This document shows positions 63,799 through 64,000 of a stretch of 64,000 nucleotides of DNA, in pieces (the first letter of the stretch is position 1; every line of letters begins with the position of its first letter). Source of the DNA: Raja brachyura (lineage: Eukaryota); the NCBI GenBank assembly GCA_963514005.1, contig OY740808.1, positions 29,078,001 to 29,142,000 of the forward strand, given 5' to 3'. The position numbers and the translations under genes are program-made. Below the pieces are notes generated by a model. It ran no database searches and was not told where the DNA came from. It saw only the letters and a program-made list of their open reading frames with translations.

Positions 63799-64000
63799 GT
63801 ACCTGGACTACATCAATTAATATTATAATTCGATTTTAGTTTAGTTTGTAGATACAGCACAGAAACAGGCTCTTCAGCCCACCAAACCCACATTGACTAT
63901 CGGTTACCTGTTCAGGCTATCCCACTTTTTGCTACAGAATCTTTATCCTGTAGCAAAGGATTTCACAGGGGCTTAGTGCGGGTGGGACAGATGAGGGGAA

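Overview
This is AT-rich vertebrate nuclear DNA; the HE1/V-SINE, CR1, Rex1 and Penelope repeat content points to a cartilaginous fish, probably a skate or ray. The window covers the TPCN1 - SLC8B1 - PLBD2 block: the last two coding exons of TPCN1 (+), the complete SLC8B1/NCLX gene (-, 15 coding exons, 1794 nt, 597 aa) and the first ten exons of PLBD2 (+), head-to-head with SLC8B1. I assembled all exons by hand, with consistent splice phases. Notable features are two U12-type introns in SLC8B1 (one apparently with GT-AT termini), an array of eight CLEAR/E-box motifs upstream of PLBD2, secretory and endolysosomal sorting signals in NCLX, nested inverted repeats in the shared promoter, and many Penelope-derived minimal hammerhead-ribozyme motifs. 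Most ORFs in the supplied track are spurious or transposon-derived. Gene identities rest on remembered similarity to human proteins, not on a database search. Repeat boundaries are approximate unless a TSD is given.
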